Of a stretch of DNA of 44,225 nt, positions 1 to 13,371 are shown one piece after another. Source of the DNA: Welwitschia mirabilis. Its lineage: Eukaryota. The notes under the pieces were generated by a model. The model was not told where the DNA came from and did not search any database. It worked only from the letters and a program-made list of their open reading frames with translations. The stretch spans positions 35,122,661 to 35,166,885 of the forward strand of contig JBOZIK010000001.1 of assembly GCA_051453625.1 (NCBI GenBank), in the 5' to 3' direction. The translations under genes were made by a program, and so were the position numbers. Position 1 is the first letter of the stretch, and every line of letters starts with the position of its first letter.

Positions 1-238
1 TATTGGATATGTCGTCCACTGATGTCATCCGGACGATTAGGTAGACAATGGACTCTAATAAGAAGATGTTCACTTCAACTGTAAGCTATCTGGAATTAAG
101 TCTGTCATCTATCCAATTAGGGTTTTCATCCTGACTATTGTCTGGATGACATAGGAGATAACATTCTTCTATACATTATTTATCAATGTGATATCTAGTT
201 GTTTGCAGGACTAATCATCTAAAAATACAATTTATCCA
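1..238 (-). repeat. Fragment of Athila-type LTR (family 1)
   Basis: Reverse complement resembles LTR interior at ~22015-22170 and ~5860-6020. Contains the least-decayed family palindrome, TCATCCGGACGA, at 25-36. Confidence 0.55.
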
Positions 239-735
239 NNNNNNNNNNNNNNNNNNNNNNNNNNNNNNNNNNNNNNNNNNNNNNNNNNNNNNNNNNNNNN
301 NNNNNNNNNNNNNNNNNNNNNNNNNNNNNNNNNNNNNNNNNNNNNNNNNNNNNNNNNNNNNNNNNNNNNNNNNNNNNNNNNNNNNNNNNNNNNNNNNNNN
401 NNNNNNNNNNNNNNNNNNNNNNNNNNNNNNNNNNNNNNNNNNNNNNNNNNNNNNNNNNNNNNNNNNNNNNNNNNNNNNNNNNNNNNNNNNNNNNNNNNNN
501 NNNNNNNNNNNNNNNNNNNNNNNNNNNNNNNNNNNNNNNNNNNNNNNNNNNNNNNNNNNNNNNNNNNNNNNNNNNNNNNNNNNNNNNNNNNNNNNNNNNN
601 NNNNNNNNNNNNNNNNNNNNNNNNNNNNNNNNNNNNNNNNNNNNNNNNNNNNNNNNNNNNNNNNNNNNNNNNNNNNNNNNNNNNNNNNNNNNNNNNNNNN
701 NNNNNNNNNNNNNNNNNNNNNNNNNNNNNNNNNNN
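239..735. other. Assembly gap (others: 3707-3919, 6630-6729, 7943-8042, 13392-13535, 38407-38506, 42373-43198)
   Basis: Runs of N; three are exactly 100 nt, typical of placeholder gaps. Confidence 1.
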
Positions 736-789
736 CATGATTAAATACACATACGTCTTCAAGTATTTTCTATTTACATGTTAGTATCA

Positions 790-1640
790 AGGGACATTTT
801 TTTTATTTCATGAAATTTATCTTCACATATATTAGATGTTAATCCTACACTCTTTTCATTTCTACTATTTCATTTAAACTTTTTTGATTGTATTTTTTTA
901 AAGAAGTAGTAAAATCATTAATTACGTTTATTAAATTATTTTGAACTTTCTCCTTATCATGTTTTACTTCTTTTAAGTTATTTTTATTTGATCTATAGTT
1001 TTATTTTCTTTAAAAGTTGGTTTACACCAAGTTTAACTAATTTTAACAAGATCTTTCAAAAACATCCATGTATTTTCTAAATATAAATTCATCAAGTTGT
1101 CACCACATAAAAAATCTACAAGTTGTTTGGTTTCCCTATTTAATCCACTATAAAAATAATTGATTAATTATTCTTTGGAAAATTTATTAATAGGATTTGA
1201 ATGTATACTATAATAAATTATTCATATGTTATGTCATAATCCTCATTAAGTTGTTATTGAAAGTTTTTAACTTTTTTACCCTTCTTTTCTTTTTTCATTA
1301 TGCTCTGACTCATGAATTCTTTGATAAAAGATTCCTGTACTTGACTTTAGGTTTTAAAATTTTTATGAGGTATGGTTTTAAATCATAGCTTTACTCTATT
1401 TTAAGTGTAAAAAGAAAGATAATATGTAGGTTTTATTACTATTTTTTTTTTCATTTTCTGAATTAAGCACTAATTGTTCTATATTGGTGAGATGTTGGAA
1501 GGGATCTTCATTAGAATGCCCTAAAAAGGTTAAATAGGAATTTAATTTTTTAAATTATACATCATTTCTAAGAAGTAAGTAAAAAGCATTTTAGATTTCA
1601 TGTTTTTTATTAGCTATTAAATCCCTAAGTGGAACATTTC
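790..1640 (-). pseudogene. gag: Degenerate Athila gag
   Basis: Minus-strand fragments TFLGHSNEDPFQHLTNIEQL, L*FKTIPHKNFKT*SQVQESFIKEF, YSGLNRETKQLVDFLCGDNLMN..ENTWMFLKDLV and a CCHC relic SNICEDKFHEIK..CP match Athila gag motifs. Many stops and frameshifts. Confidence 0.8.
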
Positions 1641-2427
1641 TATTTTTATTAGAATTTACATTAGAAGTTCCTATCATGATTGGAGTGTTAGATGATGCTA
1701 CTTATTTTTGTTCTTGCATTGTATCCAAAATATATGATAAATGATTCACTTCTATACTATTTTTTTATTTTGAAAATTTAGATTATGAAATAATAAAAGA
1801 TAAAAAAACTATCTTATTTAACTCTTGAAATTTTTTTACTTATGTAGGGTGTGCATATCTAAGTTAAGCTCAAAGTTGACTAGTCCTTCTCTAATATTTT
1901 CCTTTATCAGGCTTCACTCCCTCTAATACTTCATATTTTTACTTGAGTATATCATGTCCTTGTCTGCTTAATGATGTTTCTTAAAATGTCATCTCTATTA
2001 TATAGATGATTACTTAAATGACTTCTATACAAAAAATAGAAAATGAAAAATAGAACATAGAGAAAAGTATAAATAGAACTAAAATAAAAACTAATAGTTA
2101 TCTACCTATGTCATCTAGATAATATAAGAGATGATATCACTTTATTAGGAGGCAGAAAACCGAAAGCAAAAATCTAGAAAAAATTCTCAAGAAAATACTA
2201 ACCAAGGCCATTTTTTGCCTATGTTATCTAAATGACAGATAGAACACAGACTTAAAAAACCTTAAAAAAATGAAAAACATGAAAAAATTTAGGAAGAAAA
2301 ACTTTAATATGTATAGTAAAAATATAGTGCTATTACAAACAAATACCTAAATCAAAATCCAAAGCACTTATCTAGGTAATGCAAATCTTCAAACTTCTTG
2401 TAGCCTTTCCCAAAAATGAAACTATGA

Positions 2428-3662
2428 TGTTTCAACATATATTTATGTAAATGTTACATTCTTTATTAAATCTTATCAATCACAAATATATGAATAAAAA
2501 AAACATACTAATATAGATGAGAGTCAACCAGAATGTTGTAATCTGTGAAGGAACTAAGTAAGAAGAAAGAGAATTAATGTCATGCAACGTATTTTTGTAT
2601 TTTTATTTTTAGTTCTAAATGAAAAACAACAATGAAATAAAAGAAGCACATGAATGTAATGTAAATACAAACTACTCTAAATGCAATATCTATCTAACTA
2701 CGAAATCTCTATTACTAAGATCGGCCTTGTATAATCTAAATTAATTGAGAAAACTATTACTAACTTTAACTAATCTAAGTTATCAAGTCCATTAAATAGA
2801 ATATGAAAAACATGTAATGATTGATATATGAACTATAAAATGCAAAGCAATACAAGATTCTAAACTTAAAATTTAAACCTTAACAAAGGTTACCCTTAAT
2901 GACCTATATCAATTATGAAACTATCATGAAATCATAACCAATATAAACCATAAGGAAAATGCACATGAATATATAAAATTAAAAGATAATTTTTATTATT
3001 TCTTAAACGAACATCCTATTATAAAGTAGTAGCACATCCATAAAGAAGACACAACTCAACATCAAGAAATACTCCTCTCTATAACTAATGAGTAAACCTT
3101 TTGTTCTCTAATCTCCTATCAAATGAATTTTTGGTGTCAAAGAAGATAATTAAAGTCAAGAATAAAGCTAGTATTTATTTACAAATTTAGACTTAAAAAT
3201 AGCAAATCCTAATAGACATGATAAAATCCTAATGGATACGTAATAGGGTGTATGATATACTACAGAAGTTTGAGGGAGTTTGGTACATTGCCTGAAATTA
3301 TATGGTCACCTTGTATGTCATTAGATAATGTAGAAGATGATGCAACATTAAAAAAGTTCCAAATTAGCATGCATCTTTTTCTAGTTGACATCTTAACCAA
3401 CTTACAAGTGTTCTCATCCAATAGTGTCATCCAGATAATGAAGGGGATGATGGACTTTTCAATACTTTCATGAAGTTAAATTGAATTTATAGAACATTAA
3501 TTCCTCCTTAGAATGTAAAGTATTAGAATTTATCCAAAATGCCTTCAAATGTATTGGTATTTATGGATTTTCATGATTTTCTCCTTGACTCTCAATAATC
3601 ATCATTTTCTACTTAAACCTATCCAAATGTTCAAAAAAAACATATAATTTATTATCATAATA
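2428..3662 (-). repeat. 5' LTR of element E (family 1)
   Basis: About 1235 bp, colinear in reverse complement with LTRs at 13672-14887 and 21024-21925. Confidence 0.85.
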
Positions 3663-3919
3663 AATCATTTAACGTGCCAAAAAGTGTTATGGCTAAAAAA
3701 AAACTANNNNNNNNNNNNNNNNNNNNNNNNNNNNNNNNNNNNNNNNNNNNNNNNNNNNNNNNNNNNNNNNNNNNNNNNNNNNNNNNNNNNNNNNNNNNNN
3801 NNNNNNNNNNNNNNNNNNNNNNNNNNNNNNNNNNNNNNNNNNNNNNNNNNNNNNNNNNNNNNNNNNNNNNNNNNNNNNNNNNNNNNNNNNNNNNNNNNNN
3901 NNNNNNNNNNNNNNNNNNN

Positions 3920-4393
3920 TAGATACCACTGAAACCCTAATGATGCATGGAAAGCATATGACATATTACATAAGTTTGATAAAGTTTAATACATTAACTA
4001 AAATTAGGTATCATCTTTCTAATTAGTTAAACAATGGTCGGGATGATGCTAGATTAAGAGAGTCCTATATTTATCATTCATGTTGGTCTAGTCAGCATCT
4101 TAGTTATTATACAAATGGTGTAATTGAAGTGGCCATCTAGACGATGGAGGAGATGACAAAAGACTTCAAGCTCTTCAATCAAGTGAATTTGACCTTGTAG
4201 AATATTATTTCCTTTTCAAAATGTAAAGTATTAAAATTAATTCAAAATGCCTCCAAATATGCTGATACTTGTAGATTTCTATGCTTTTCTCCTTAACTCT
4301 CAATAATTGTTCCTTTTTCCTTAAACCTATCTAAGTGTTCTATAAAACTATTCAAAATACCCTATTAAAAACATATAATTTGGCATTACAATA
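3920..4393 (-). repeat. 5' portion of a family-1 LTR, cut by an N gap
   Basis: Reverse complement begins TATTGTAATGCCAAATTATATG and is colinear with 13672-14150. Confidence 0.85.
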
Positions 4394-5670
4394 ACCCTTT
4401 CTTACGTATCATCTTATTATTTCACCATTATCCTTAAAATTACTTGATCATGTAGGATTTCTTTTAAGGAAAAAAGAAAAAAAAGAAGAATAATAATAAT
4501 AACCATAATATAATATGTCTCAGCTAAAAAAACATGATCACCATAATGTCCTATCATACCATGATATATTTTTTGTAAAAGGGATCTTTGTAGTATTGTT
4601 AGCTATGGGAAATCCATTGGAGGTTAGTTAGCCATGCTTCATAGGTCCTTACTTCTCTGACAGTGGTTGCACTCCTATCATCATGGAAATAATTATTATT
4701 TATAGGCTACAAGATTAGTGATGTTTCTGGTATTATCAAAGGTATTATTATTTTGTAGACTCATTAAGAATTTAGTACTCCCACATGAGCATTTCATTTT
4801 TTAGTATTTTGGTATGTTTTAGGATATAAATGGATGAGTCTCTCTCTAAATAGCTTTTAAACTCATTATTCATTATTTGTAAATATTAGATCTACTTGGT
4901 ATTGTCATAACCACTACCTATTCAAATGGTAGTTTATGAAATTTCTTACATCATGTCATGCATTATTAATTAAGTGATTTTATGATTTTTACTAAAGAAG
5001 TTTTCTACTTTAGAATTTAGGATAGATTAACAATTATCTTTATGTTCCTAGTTATCTATTTTTATTTTCTTTGTCTTAGTTGTTTTACTTGGTATTTCAA
5101 ATTTATTTTTATATTTTCATGACAATATGTAGAACTTAATCATTTAGGAGTTTTGTTATTATTTTTATTTTTACTCATAGTTTTTTTAATCTTTATGAGT
5201 TAACCTTCTTTTAGCATTTTGATAGATGATGTTCCTTTAATTCATGATGATAATTTTTTTTACCTATTCTTTTAGCTTCTTTTTGAGTTTTAACATTCAC
5301 TTGATATTTTTAAATGATTTTGAATTTAAGCAGATTTAAGGATTTTCTTTAGCATTGCCTATTCCTACTTGGTGTATTATCATTGCTCTATCTTGGTACT
5401 CCTTTCTCCACATTAAGCTCTCCTCATTTTCATACTTTGTACATGGTAATTTCTTAGCTTTTATCCATCTTTTAGACTTCATCATGAATTTCTGAGGCTC
5501 TACTCTACTATTTATGACTCTCTCATTTTTTTTAAAATTTAACTTTTCTACTCTTTTTAAAAAAAACTATCATACACTAGATCATCTAGATGATATGAAA
5601 AATAAAAGTATCATATTTTTTTGACAGTCATCCCAGAATTATCGTCTAGATGATTCAATGGATGCTAGCA
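4394..5670 (+). mobile_element. Fragment of family-1 internal 3' non-coding region
   Basis: Colinear with ~18920-20100 (e.g. TACTTCTCTGA.AGTGGTTGCACTCC at ~4650 and ~19172) and with the reverse complement of ~31850-32490. Confidence 0.8.
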
Positions 5671-5674
5671 TGAT

Positions 5675-7141
5675 TACTGATCTCCCAAATTGTATGTATA
5701 TGATAGGGTGTTTTGCATAGTTTTGCAAGATAATAGATAGGTTTTATGATGAGTTTTGATGATAATAAATAGCATTTTGGTCAATTTATAATACTTTCCA
5801 TTTGAAGAAATGGTTCTACAATCAAAGAGGATAATGCAATGTAAGAAATATTTTACATAAGTTGATCATCCACATAATCATTTAGACAATTTCACAGATG
5901 ACAAGTATACTTAAACTAAGAAGGATATATACTAGATCAATTTAGAAGTTGATGTGGAATTCTTATGATGCGACATCATCTCCTGTGATGTCCAGAAGAT
6001 TAGTAGGATGATACATAAAATAAATGTTTCATCAAGCTTCACTAAATTCTAGCCATGTGACTTATATCTTCTTGCATAGTTATTGTGGTTGTTAGCATAT
6101 CTACTTATATTTTTTGATTTTAAAATCTATTTTTTAATAAATACCTTCTCTATTCTTGACTCCATTTTTATCTTCTTTGCCATTGAAAACTCTTATGATA
6201 GGATATTGAATGGTAATAGATCCATTCATTGTTATTATAGAGAGACATCTTCCTTGGTGTTGGGATGTGTATCCTTCATTGAGGTGCTACTGCTTTGTAA
6301 CACAAATGTTATTTTCGTTTAATTGAAACTCTATTTTTCTTTTTGTATCTTTTGTTTTATGCATCTCCCTTATATTTTATGTTACCTTTGATTTTGTGTA
6401 GCTTCCTTTATGATATATATCATAAGAAAAACCTTCGTTAAGGTTGGCATTATTAGTTTAGGTGCATTACATTTCATTTCTTAAATTAACTTTACATTGT
6501 TTTCATATTTTCTTTAACATACCTGATAGCTTCGATTAGTCTTAGTCTAGTAATGGCTTTTCTTAATTGATCTATGTTATATAGGATTAATCTGTATGAC
6601 AGGTTAATTTGGTAATTGTATAGATGTTGNNNNNNNNNNNNNNNNNNNNNNNNNNNNNNNNNNNNNNNNNNNNNNNNNNNNNNNNNNNNNNNNNNNNNNN
6701 NNNNNNNNNNNNNNNNNNNNNNNNNNNNNCTTAAATTAACTTTACATTATTTTCATATTTTCTTTAACATACCTGATAGCTTCGATTAGTTTAGTCTAGT
6801 AATGGCTTTTCTTAATTGATCTATGTTATATAGGGTTAATCTGTATGACAGGTTAATTTGGTAATTGTATAGATGTTGCATTTAGAATATGACTTGCATT
6901 TAATTTTTATAATGTACTCATTTGCATTGTCATTTTTGCATTATTATTTTATTCTACTTTAAGGTTACATACTGGTTTGTTTTTGAATTAATTATCCTTT
7001 TTCTAACCAATTTGTTCAATAATATTATGAAATTTGAGTTACTTCCATTTATATTAGTGTATTATGTTATGAAAAATATATATATGTGATTTACAGGATT
7101 TGTTTGAGGATGTAATGTTTGCATAAATATGCACTACAACA
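5675..7141 (+). repeat. 5' LTR of element A (includes 100-N gap and 150-bp duplicated overlap)
   Basis: Shares TATCCTTCATTGAGGTGCTA.TGCTTT with ~14313 and similar words at ~21663; ends ACAACA immediately before the PBS. The 5' boundary is approximate. Confidence 0.85.
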
Positions 7142-7144
7142 TAT

Positions 7145-7162
7145 TAGCACCATTATCGAGGA
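7145..7162 (+). promoter_or_regulatory. Primer-binding site, tRNA-Asp type (decayed)
   Basis: TAGCACCATTATCGAGGA versus the Athila PBS TGGCGCCGTTGCCGGGGA: six mismatches, all G>A or C>T; lies 3 nt after the LTR end. Confidence 0.85.
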
Positions 7163-7849
7163 AAGCTTCTTAGAGTTTGAGAATTCTTATTGCTTAAGTA
7201 AATACTTGGATTTTGGTTCAAGTATTCGTCTATAGTAGCATTGTATTTTTATAGTAGAAACAAAGGTTTTCCTTTTTGTGTTTTTCATTTTGCATTCCAA
7301 AATAAATATCCTATCATTTCTCTAGTTATTTAAATGATGTATGGTAATAACAATTTATGTGACTTAGGTTTTTAATTTTTCTTAAGAATTAATATTTTCT
7401 TATCATCCCCTCTGTTATTCAGATGACTCATTAGATATTTTTATTCTATGCTATTTTATTTTTTTTTTTTTTACATTTTTCATTTTAGGGTTTTCTGTGT
7501 GTTGTCATCTAGGTGTATCTTCTGGATGATCATAGAGATGATGAATTTAGAATAGAACTAAGCATGCTAGCACATGATATATTTTGGTAAAAAGATAAAG
7601 TATTAGAGAGAGTAGTTGTTGAACAAAAAAAACATCTCAGAAGGTTTGATCAACTATGATTTTAATGCAAGTATGTATAACTCAAGTACACAAAATATTT
7701 CATTTGTTGAATAATAATATTTTTTTGCATTTATTATTTTAGAATCTAATTTTTCAAAAAAAATTTAAAAAATAATTTAGAAGAAACTAATTCTATTACA
7801 CTATCAAATTCATCACAAAAATAGAAGTAGATTGCTTTCTTAAATTTCC

Positions 7850-9850
7850 TTATTATTATCAGAACTGCTACTACTACCCCATAATTCCTAATGCCAATGT
7901 CTCCCTTAAAGAACTTATTACAAATAAAAAACATCAAATCCANNNNNNNNNNNNNNNNNNNNNNNNNNNNNNNNNNNNNNNNNNNNNNNNNNNNNNNNNN
8001 NNNNNNNNNNNNNNNNNNNNNNNNNNNNNNNNNNNNNNNNNNCCTCTTTTGGACTACCTCCTGGGAATAATGTTGAGTTAAAAAATTTAAATTATTATCC
8101 TATTTTTACTAGAGAAAATGATAAAAATTGCCTCCAACATATAGCCAATATAAAAAATGGTAAAAAATGTATTAGTGATCATAAATACATGGTTATTTTT
8201 TCCATTATTTAAAATAAAAATATAAAAAATAATTAAAAACTATTCCACATAAAAATTTGATGAATCTCACTTTAGAAAATGCATGGAGATTATTGGAAGA
8301 ACTTGTAGAAGTAAGTTAAACTTAACCTAAACCAACATCTAAAGAAAATTGTACAGTGGGTGAAATCAAAAAAAACTTTAAAGAAGGTAAACAAGAAAAG
8401 GAGGGAGTAAAAATAGAAAAAGAACTAATAAATGTTATTAAGCATTTTACTACAATACTAAAGAAATACACTTAAATGATCTTAGATGCTAAGGTGGAAA
8501 CTAAAAAGAGTGTAGTTGTAGTTCCAACTTATAATTTATATGAAGATAACTACCATATAATAAAAGATTACCTTTTATTTCCTACCTATTAAAAAATATT
8601 TATGAAGAGGTGTACGCATTTAATTATAGGTCTTAAAAATTTAGAAATCAAAATGAAAACAAAAATCAAAACCAATTTTAACCTAGGATGAATGGACAAC
8701 CAAAATTTTAATCCTTTGTAAACAAATTTAAAAACTTTCAAGCAAATCATTCAAATTTTCAACCATTTAGAAATATATTTGAGAATGATCACTTTAAATA
8801 AATAACTCAAACTTCCAACCAAGCAACTTAAATTGTCAATCAAGCACATTAAACTCATAAAACTAAAATGATCCACTTAGAAAATCCATTAATGAGTTAA
8901 GAAAATCATAAGAGAAAACAAATTTAAACATTAATATCCTATAATAAACTATGCTTGCTAATCAAAGATCATAAGGATCACTTGCAATACAACCTTTACC
9001 CAATTCTGATAAAGTAAATAAAGATTGTAAGGTTAAGATAATAAGTAGAAATGATATGATACCTCCTACCTAAGAGGCTTCACATCCTAAAATGATTAAA
9101 ATAATGAAGAAGAAGAGGATATTGAAATCTTAGAAAACCGTACTTTCCATTTTCTTCTAAATGATAATAAGAAAAATTATTCTTAAAATAAAGGTAAGAA
9201 ATTTAATATCCCTTGATTTGATAGATTAAACACCAATCTTATCTTTGATAAGCATCTAAAAACCTTAATGCAAAATGTGAGCATAAATTTATCATTTTTA
9301 AAACTTTAATAAGAAAATAATAAATATTCTAAGTTATGGAAAGATCTAACTATGAGAAAACAAAAATGAACTATACCTAGTAAAGTCTTCCTAGTCCAAT
9401 CTATAACCAAATTAGTTTTACAAAAATGTTCAAAGTTTAAGGATCTAGGGTAGTAATATTTAGTATCATAGTAGAAGGAATAAGAAAATAAAGAAAGCCT
9501 TAATAGATATATGAGTGACTATTAACATTATGTCTTTACACATTTGTTAATTACTTGCTTTGAAAAGTAGAATTAAGCCTATAAGGATTGTCTTAGAATT
9601 AGTAGATACATCAGTAAAAAAAAAACTTTAGAAGTTATCAATATTTAGTAATTCAAATTTAAGAAGCATTTTATCCAATAGATGTAGTTGTTGTAATCGA
9701 ATTTAAGCATAATGGAGGTTATCCATTACTTCTAGGAAGAGCATTTTGTACAACATCCCATTGTATTATTGATACTAAAACTAAAATGATGAAATGTCAC
9801 TTATGAAATAAAAAGTTTACCATTAGAGTATTTGATGCTATTAAAAAGAA
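7850..9850 (+). pseudogene. gag-pol: Degenerate gag and aspartic protease of element A
   Basis: CCHC relic YNLYEDNYHIIKDY (8530-8571); protease KKALIDI*VTINIMSL (9491-9538; cf. ALLDLGASINLMP) and PLLLGRAFCTTSHCIID (~9723-9773; cf. PLILGRPFLATARALID). Confidence 0.85.
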
Positions 9851-10210
9851 TTTAGATGAAGAGTTAAATATTGAAGAAGAAATTAAGCCTAGTCTATTCT
9901 TACAGCATTGTCCACTTAAAGAAAGATAATTAATGCTTCATGAACATATCTTATTTGATGAGCACTTGAAGTAGAAAACTTGAAACTTATCAATGATGAT
10001 CAACTCAACTATGATAATTTAGGGACTGACTATTTTAATTAAGAAAATAGAAGAACTAAAACTGTAAACTATGTAGAAGTTCAAAATCTAAATAAAACTA
10101 GGATTTTTTATTTTTAGGAAGGTCGTCCAGACCAATCATCTATGAGACAGTATGGGATGATAGTCAATATTGATAAGGATTCAATAAAAAATAAAAATTT
10201 AAATTTAAAT

Positions 10211-11015
10211 CTAAAATATTTACCTAGTGGGTTAAAATATATCTTTTTGTGTGATGAGCAGAGTAAACCTTTGATAATAAATGAGAATATTTCCTCTCCA
10301 CAAGAGTCAATTTTAATCTAATTTTGAAATCTAAGGCTAATATGTTTGCTTAGTCCCATAAAGATTTAAGAACCATTTCTACCTCCATTGTTTAACATAA
10401 AATCTTCTTTGAGGATAATGCAAAACCTGTTAGGTAATCCCAACATAAACTAAACCTAACTCTTAAATAAGTTATAAAAGATAAAATCATTAAATTAATG
10501 GATGCTAGAATTATTTATGCCAAACTAATAGTGAGTGGATTATCCCTTTGATAATAGTGCATAAGAAAGATGGGAAGTGAAGAGTTTGTATTGATTTTAA
10601 AAAATTAAATGAAATAACTAAGAAAGAACATTGTCCTTTACCTTTCCTTAACTAAATACTTGTTAGAATTTAAGAACATAATTTTTGTTACATTCTTGAT
10701 GTAGGTTTGTATTTCTAGTGAGTCCCAAGCTAAAACTACTTTTAATTTACCATTTGGAACTTTTAAATACATGCTTTTTAAGCTTTGTAATACTTCTAGT
10801 ACTTTATAACATTGAATGATGGGTATCTTTTCTAATATGCTAGAGGATTTAATTAAAATTTTTATGGATGACTTGTCAATCTATGGTGAAAACTTTGAAC
10901 AAATATTAGAAAGGTTAGAGAAATTCCTTGATAGATGTACTAATAGTAGCCTACATTTGAGTTGGGAGAAGAGTTTCTTTTTAGTTAATAATGAAATTAT
11001 ATTAAGTCATCAGTG
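10211..11015 (+). pseudogene. pol: Degenerate reverse transcriptase (Athila-like)
   Basis: LKYLPSGLKYIFL; DGK*RVCIDFKKLNEITKKEHCPLPFLN*IL; MLFKLCNTSSTL; MMGIFSNMLEDLIKIFMDDLSIYG (FMDD at 10861-10872); LSWEKSFFLVNNEIILSH. Includes ORF 10816-11022. Confidence 0.95.
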
Positions 11016-11749
11016 TTGTTGATACTTTATTTGACCAAATCTAACTTCATATTTACTGTTTTCAATCATTTTTTAAAAAATGAGATATTTTTCATCCCCT
11101 TTCATTATTTTTAATTATTTCTCTTGTTTGTTAGCCTTTTGAAGTGCAGTTTTTACATAGAATATTTATTCTTTGTTCTCATCATTTTGGGATAGATAGA
11201 TCTAATTATTATTTTGAATTTTATGAGAAATATGAATTTCTATATTTTATGAGATGGAACTAGAGTTTTACCTTTGAAATTAGTTTTCTCTTACATCATT
11301 CATTAAAACCTAGTAATGCTTTTAGTCAAAAAGATTAGTGTGATAAGCTTTGCATTTCCACTAGATTAGCATTTTAATTTAGGAATTTGTAGTTTTGCAC
11401 CTCTGTGAGGTCCACCTACCCACTTGTTACTAATAAAATGCAATTTTTCTAGTTTTTCTAAGCACGTTAATGTGATCTAGGATGTATTAATTCACATGTG
11501 AGGGATATGATATATTTTTAAAAATATTAGTTATGATAGTCATTTTGAACTCATATGCAAGTTTAAATTTGATTTATTCCATATTATTTGCATGATATGC
11601 ATTATGAGTATTATTTAGTAGGCCATGCACTAGACAGTAGGCTTACCAAGTTAAGATAAAGACTTTGACTTTATTTCAGTTAGTTGGGCTTCTTGCATTG
11701 CTAATTATTTTGTTGGCTAAACCAATATATCCACCTCCTTTCTAGGCCA

Positions 11750-12850
11750 AATCACACTCTATTTAGATTATAGCCATTTAAGTGGAGAGACATTTTAGTG
11801 AATTCATAAGCCAGATGAAGTCCAATGTAGATTACAAGTTGATAAACCTCTAGTCATGATGCATTATGAATTCATATGGAACATATTACACATTTAAGAT
11901 TATAGAGTTCTATGAAAATATGCACATGGAACTAAGAATGAATGCAGTGAAATGAATGGTAGACATGATCATAGCTACTATTCATAGAGATGAGGTGTCT
12001 CTTCTTATAGTGTATATTTCACTTATCATTAGATTATAAGGCCTTAAAAGAACTTACATCCATTCTGTAAGAGGTATTAAGGAGCATAGAGCATATGAAG
12101 TGATTCTTAACATACCGCCAGATGTGAGGAGAGATAGGTGTAAAGTCTTGGTAATGCATTTGCCATCTTTTTATTCATAGAGGATTAATTCATAACATTA
12201 GTCTATCATTTCATGATAATCACTACATCATCACTCATTTATAAATATTAGTAGTGTTCAGAAAGGGAAAGCAAATGGATCTATCCTCTCTCATATGGAG
12301 AAGGTTGCAAGCTATGATGAAGGCATGCTACATTTAAACATAAAAATATCCTTACCTCATCTCCATCATCTTCTATTATTTTGAATTTTTAAACCTACAA
12401 GTGAGTAATAGATATCACACTTATATACTTTAGCATGTTACCTATAGGACATGAGCATTCAGATCCTTAGAGAGCCTAAGAGACAACATATTCCAAGGGT
12501 TACAGTGGAGATCATAGTAGAGATAATTTAGGCTCTTCTTTCAAATATAGCCCAAGAGATCTGAGAGAATATTGATCACAATTTTACAAAGCTATAACAG
12601 AGGAAAACTATAATGGAATAAAGAATGATAGCTACTAAGCATCAACTATGTAACATTGAGAAGTAAATGATAGTTGTATGAGATTGAGTGATACATATTG
12701 AGTGCAACATCATAGTAGACATTTTAAAGGCTATATGAGTATAGGTAGAATAGAGGACATGGTCGATTTCAATAGCTCTCAATACACATTTTTTAGTCAA
12801 AGAAGAGCGTTCACCTTCTTCTCCACCTCCACCTATGGCCACCTAAGCTA
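11750..12850 (+). pseudogene. Degenerate Athila ORF2 (env-like / putative plant transposon protein)
   Basis: YGTYYTFKIIEFYENM (IIEFYENM at 11899-11922; cf. LVREFYAN), FIHRGLIHNISLSFH, coiled-coil-like stretch and Pro-rich end SPSSPPPPMAT*; located between pol and PPT. Confidence 0.6.
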
Positions 12851-13371
12851 AATTTACGGTAGCACTAGAAGGGGAATGATTTGATGTATTATTGATGTGC
12901 TTATTCTTTTACTAATTATACTTAAAATTCATGATTAATCTATGCATATATTTATTTTAGATTATTATTATTTTTAATACACATTATTTATTAAGCTTTT
13001 CTGAGTTATCTTATGATAATATCTTATTAACAGAATTCACATTTTATTTTAATATGTATTAAATGTTTTATGGTGGATAATGTAATTTATGAGTTCTCTA
13101 AATTTTTTATTTTTCTAATGATTATGTTTTTTCATGCATCTAACTTTTTATTCCTTTTTTAAGCTTATAATTCCTATAATCATTTAGATGATTCACAAGA
13201 TGTAATTACGCTGCATACTATACCAAGGTAATACATTAATTTATTATTTTGTAATATTTTATCCTATATGATAATATTTTTGAACTTAACTTACATTTAC
13301 CTAGTTAATGGCTATATTAACTAATTTGGCTTACAATTTATAGTTGTTTACTTACTTTGTCAAGAACTTAC

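Larger units (their letters stand above)
736..3662 (-). mobile_element. 5' half of a decayed Athila-type Ty3/gypsy element (element E: 5' LTR, PBS, leader, gag)
   Basis: Reverse complement is colinear with 5675-8600 and 13672-15750. LTR 3662->2428 starts TATTATGATA (decayed TGTTGTGATG) and ends ...AAACA, followed by a decayed PBS at 2424->2407, then leader and gag. Confidence 0.85.

Noticed and set aside
232-762. Long ORFs spanning N runs (also 3674-3964, 13357-13568, 42323-43241)
   Set aside because: They consist almost entirely of X residues from assembly gaps.
12642-12842. Minus-strand 66-aa ORF MAIGGGGEEGERS...
   Set aside because: It is the antisense shadow of the Pro/Ser-rich end of the plus-strand ORF2 relic.
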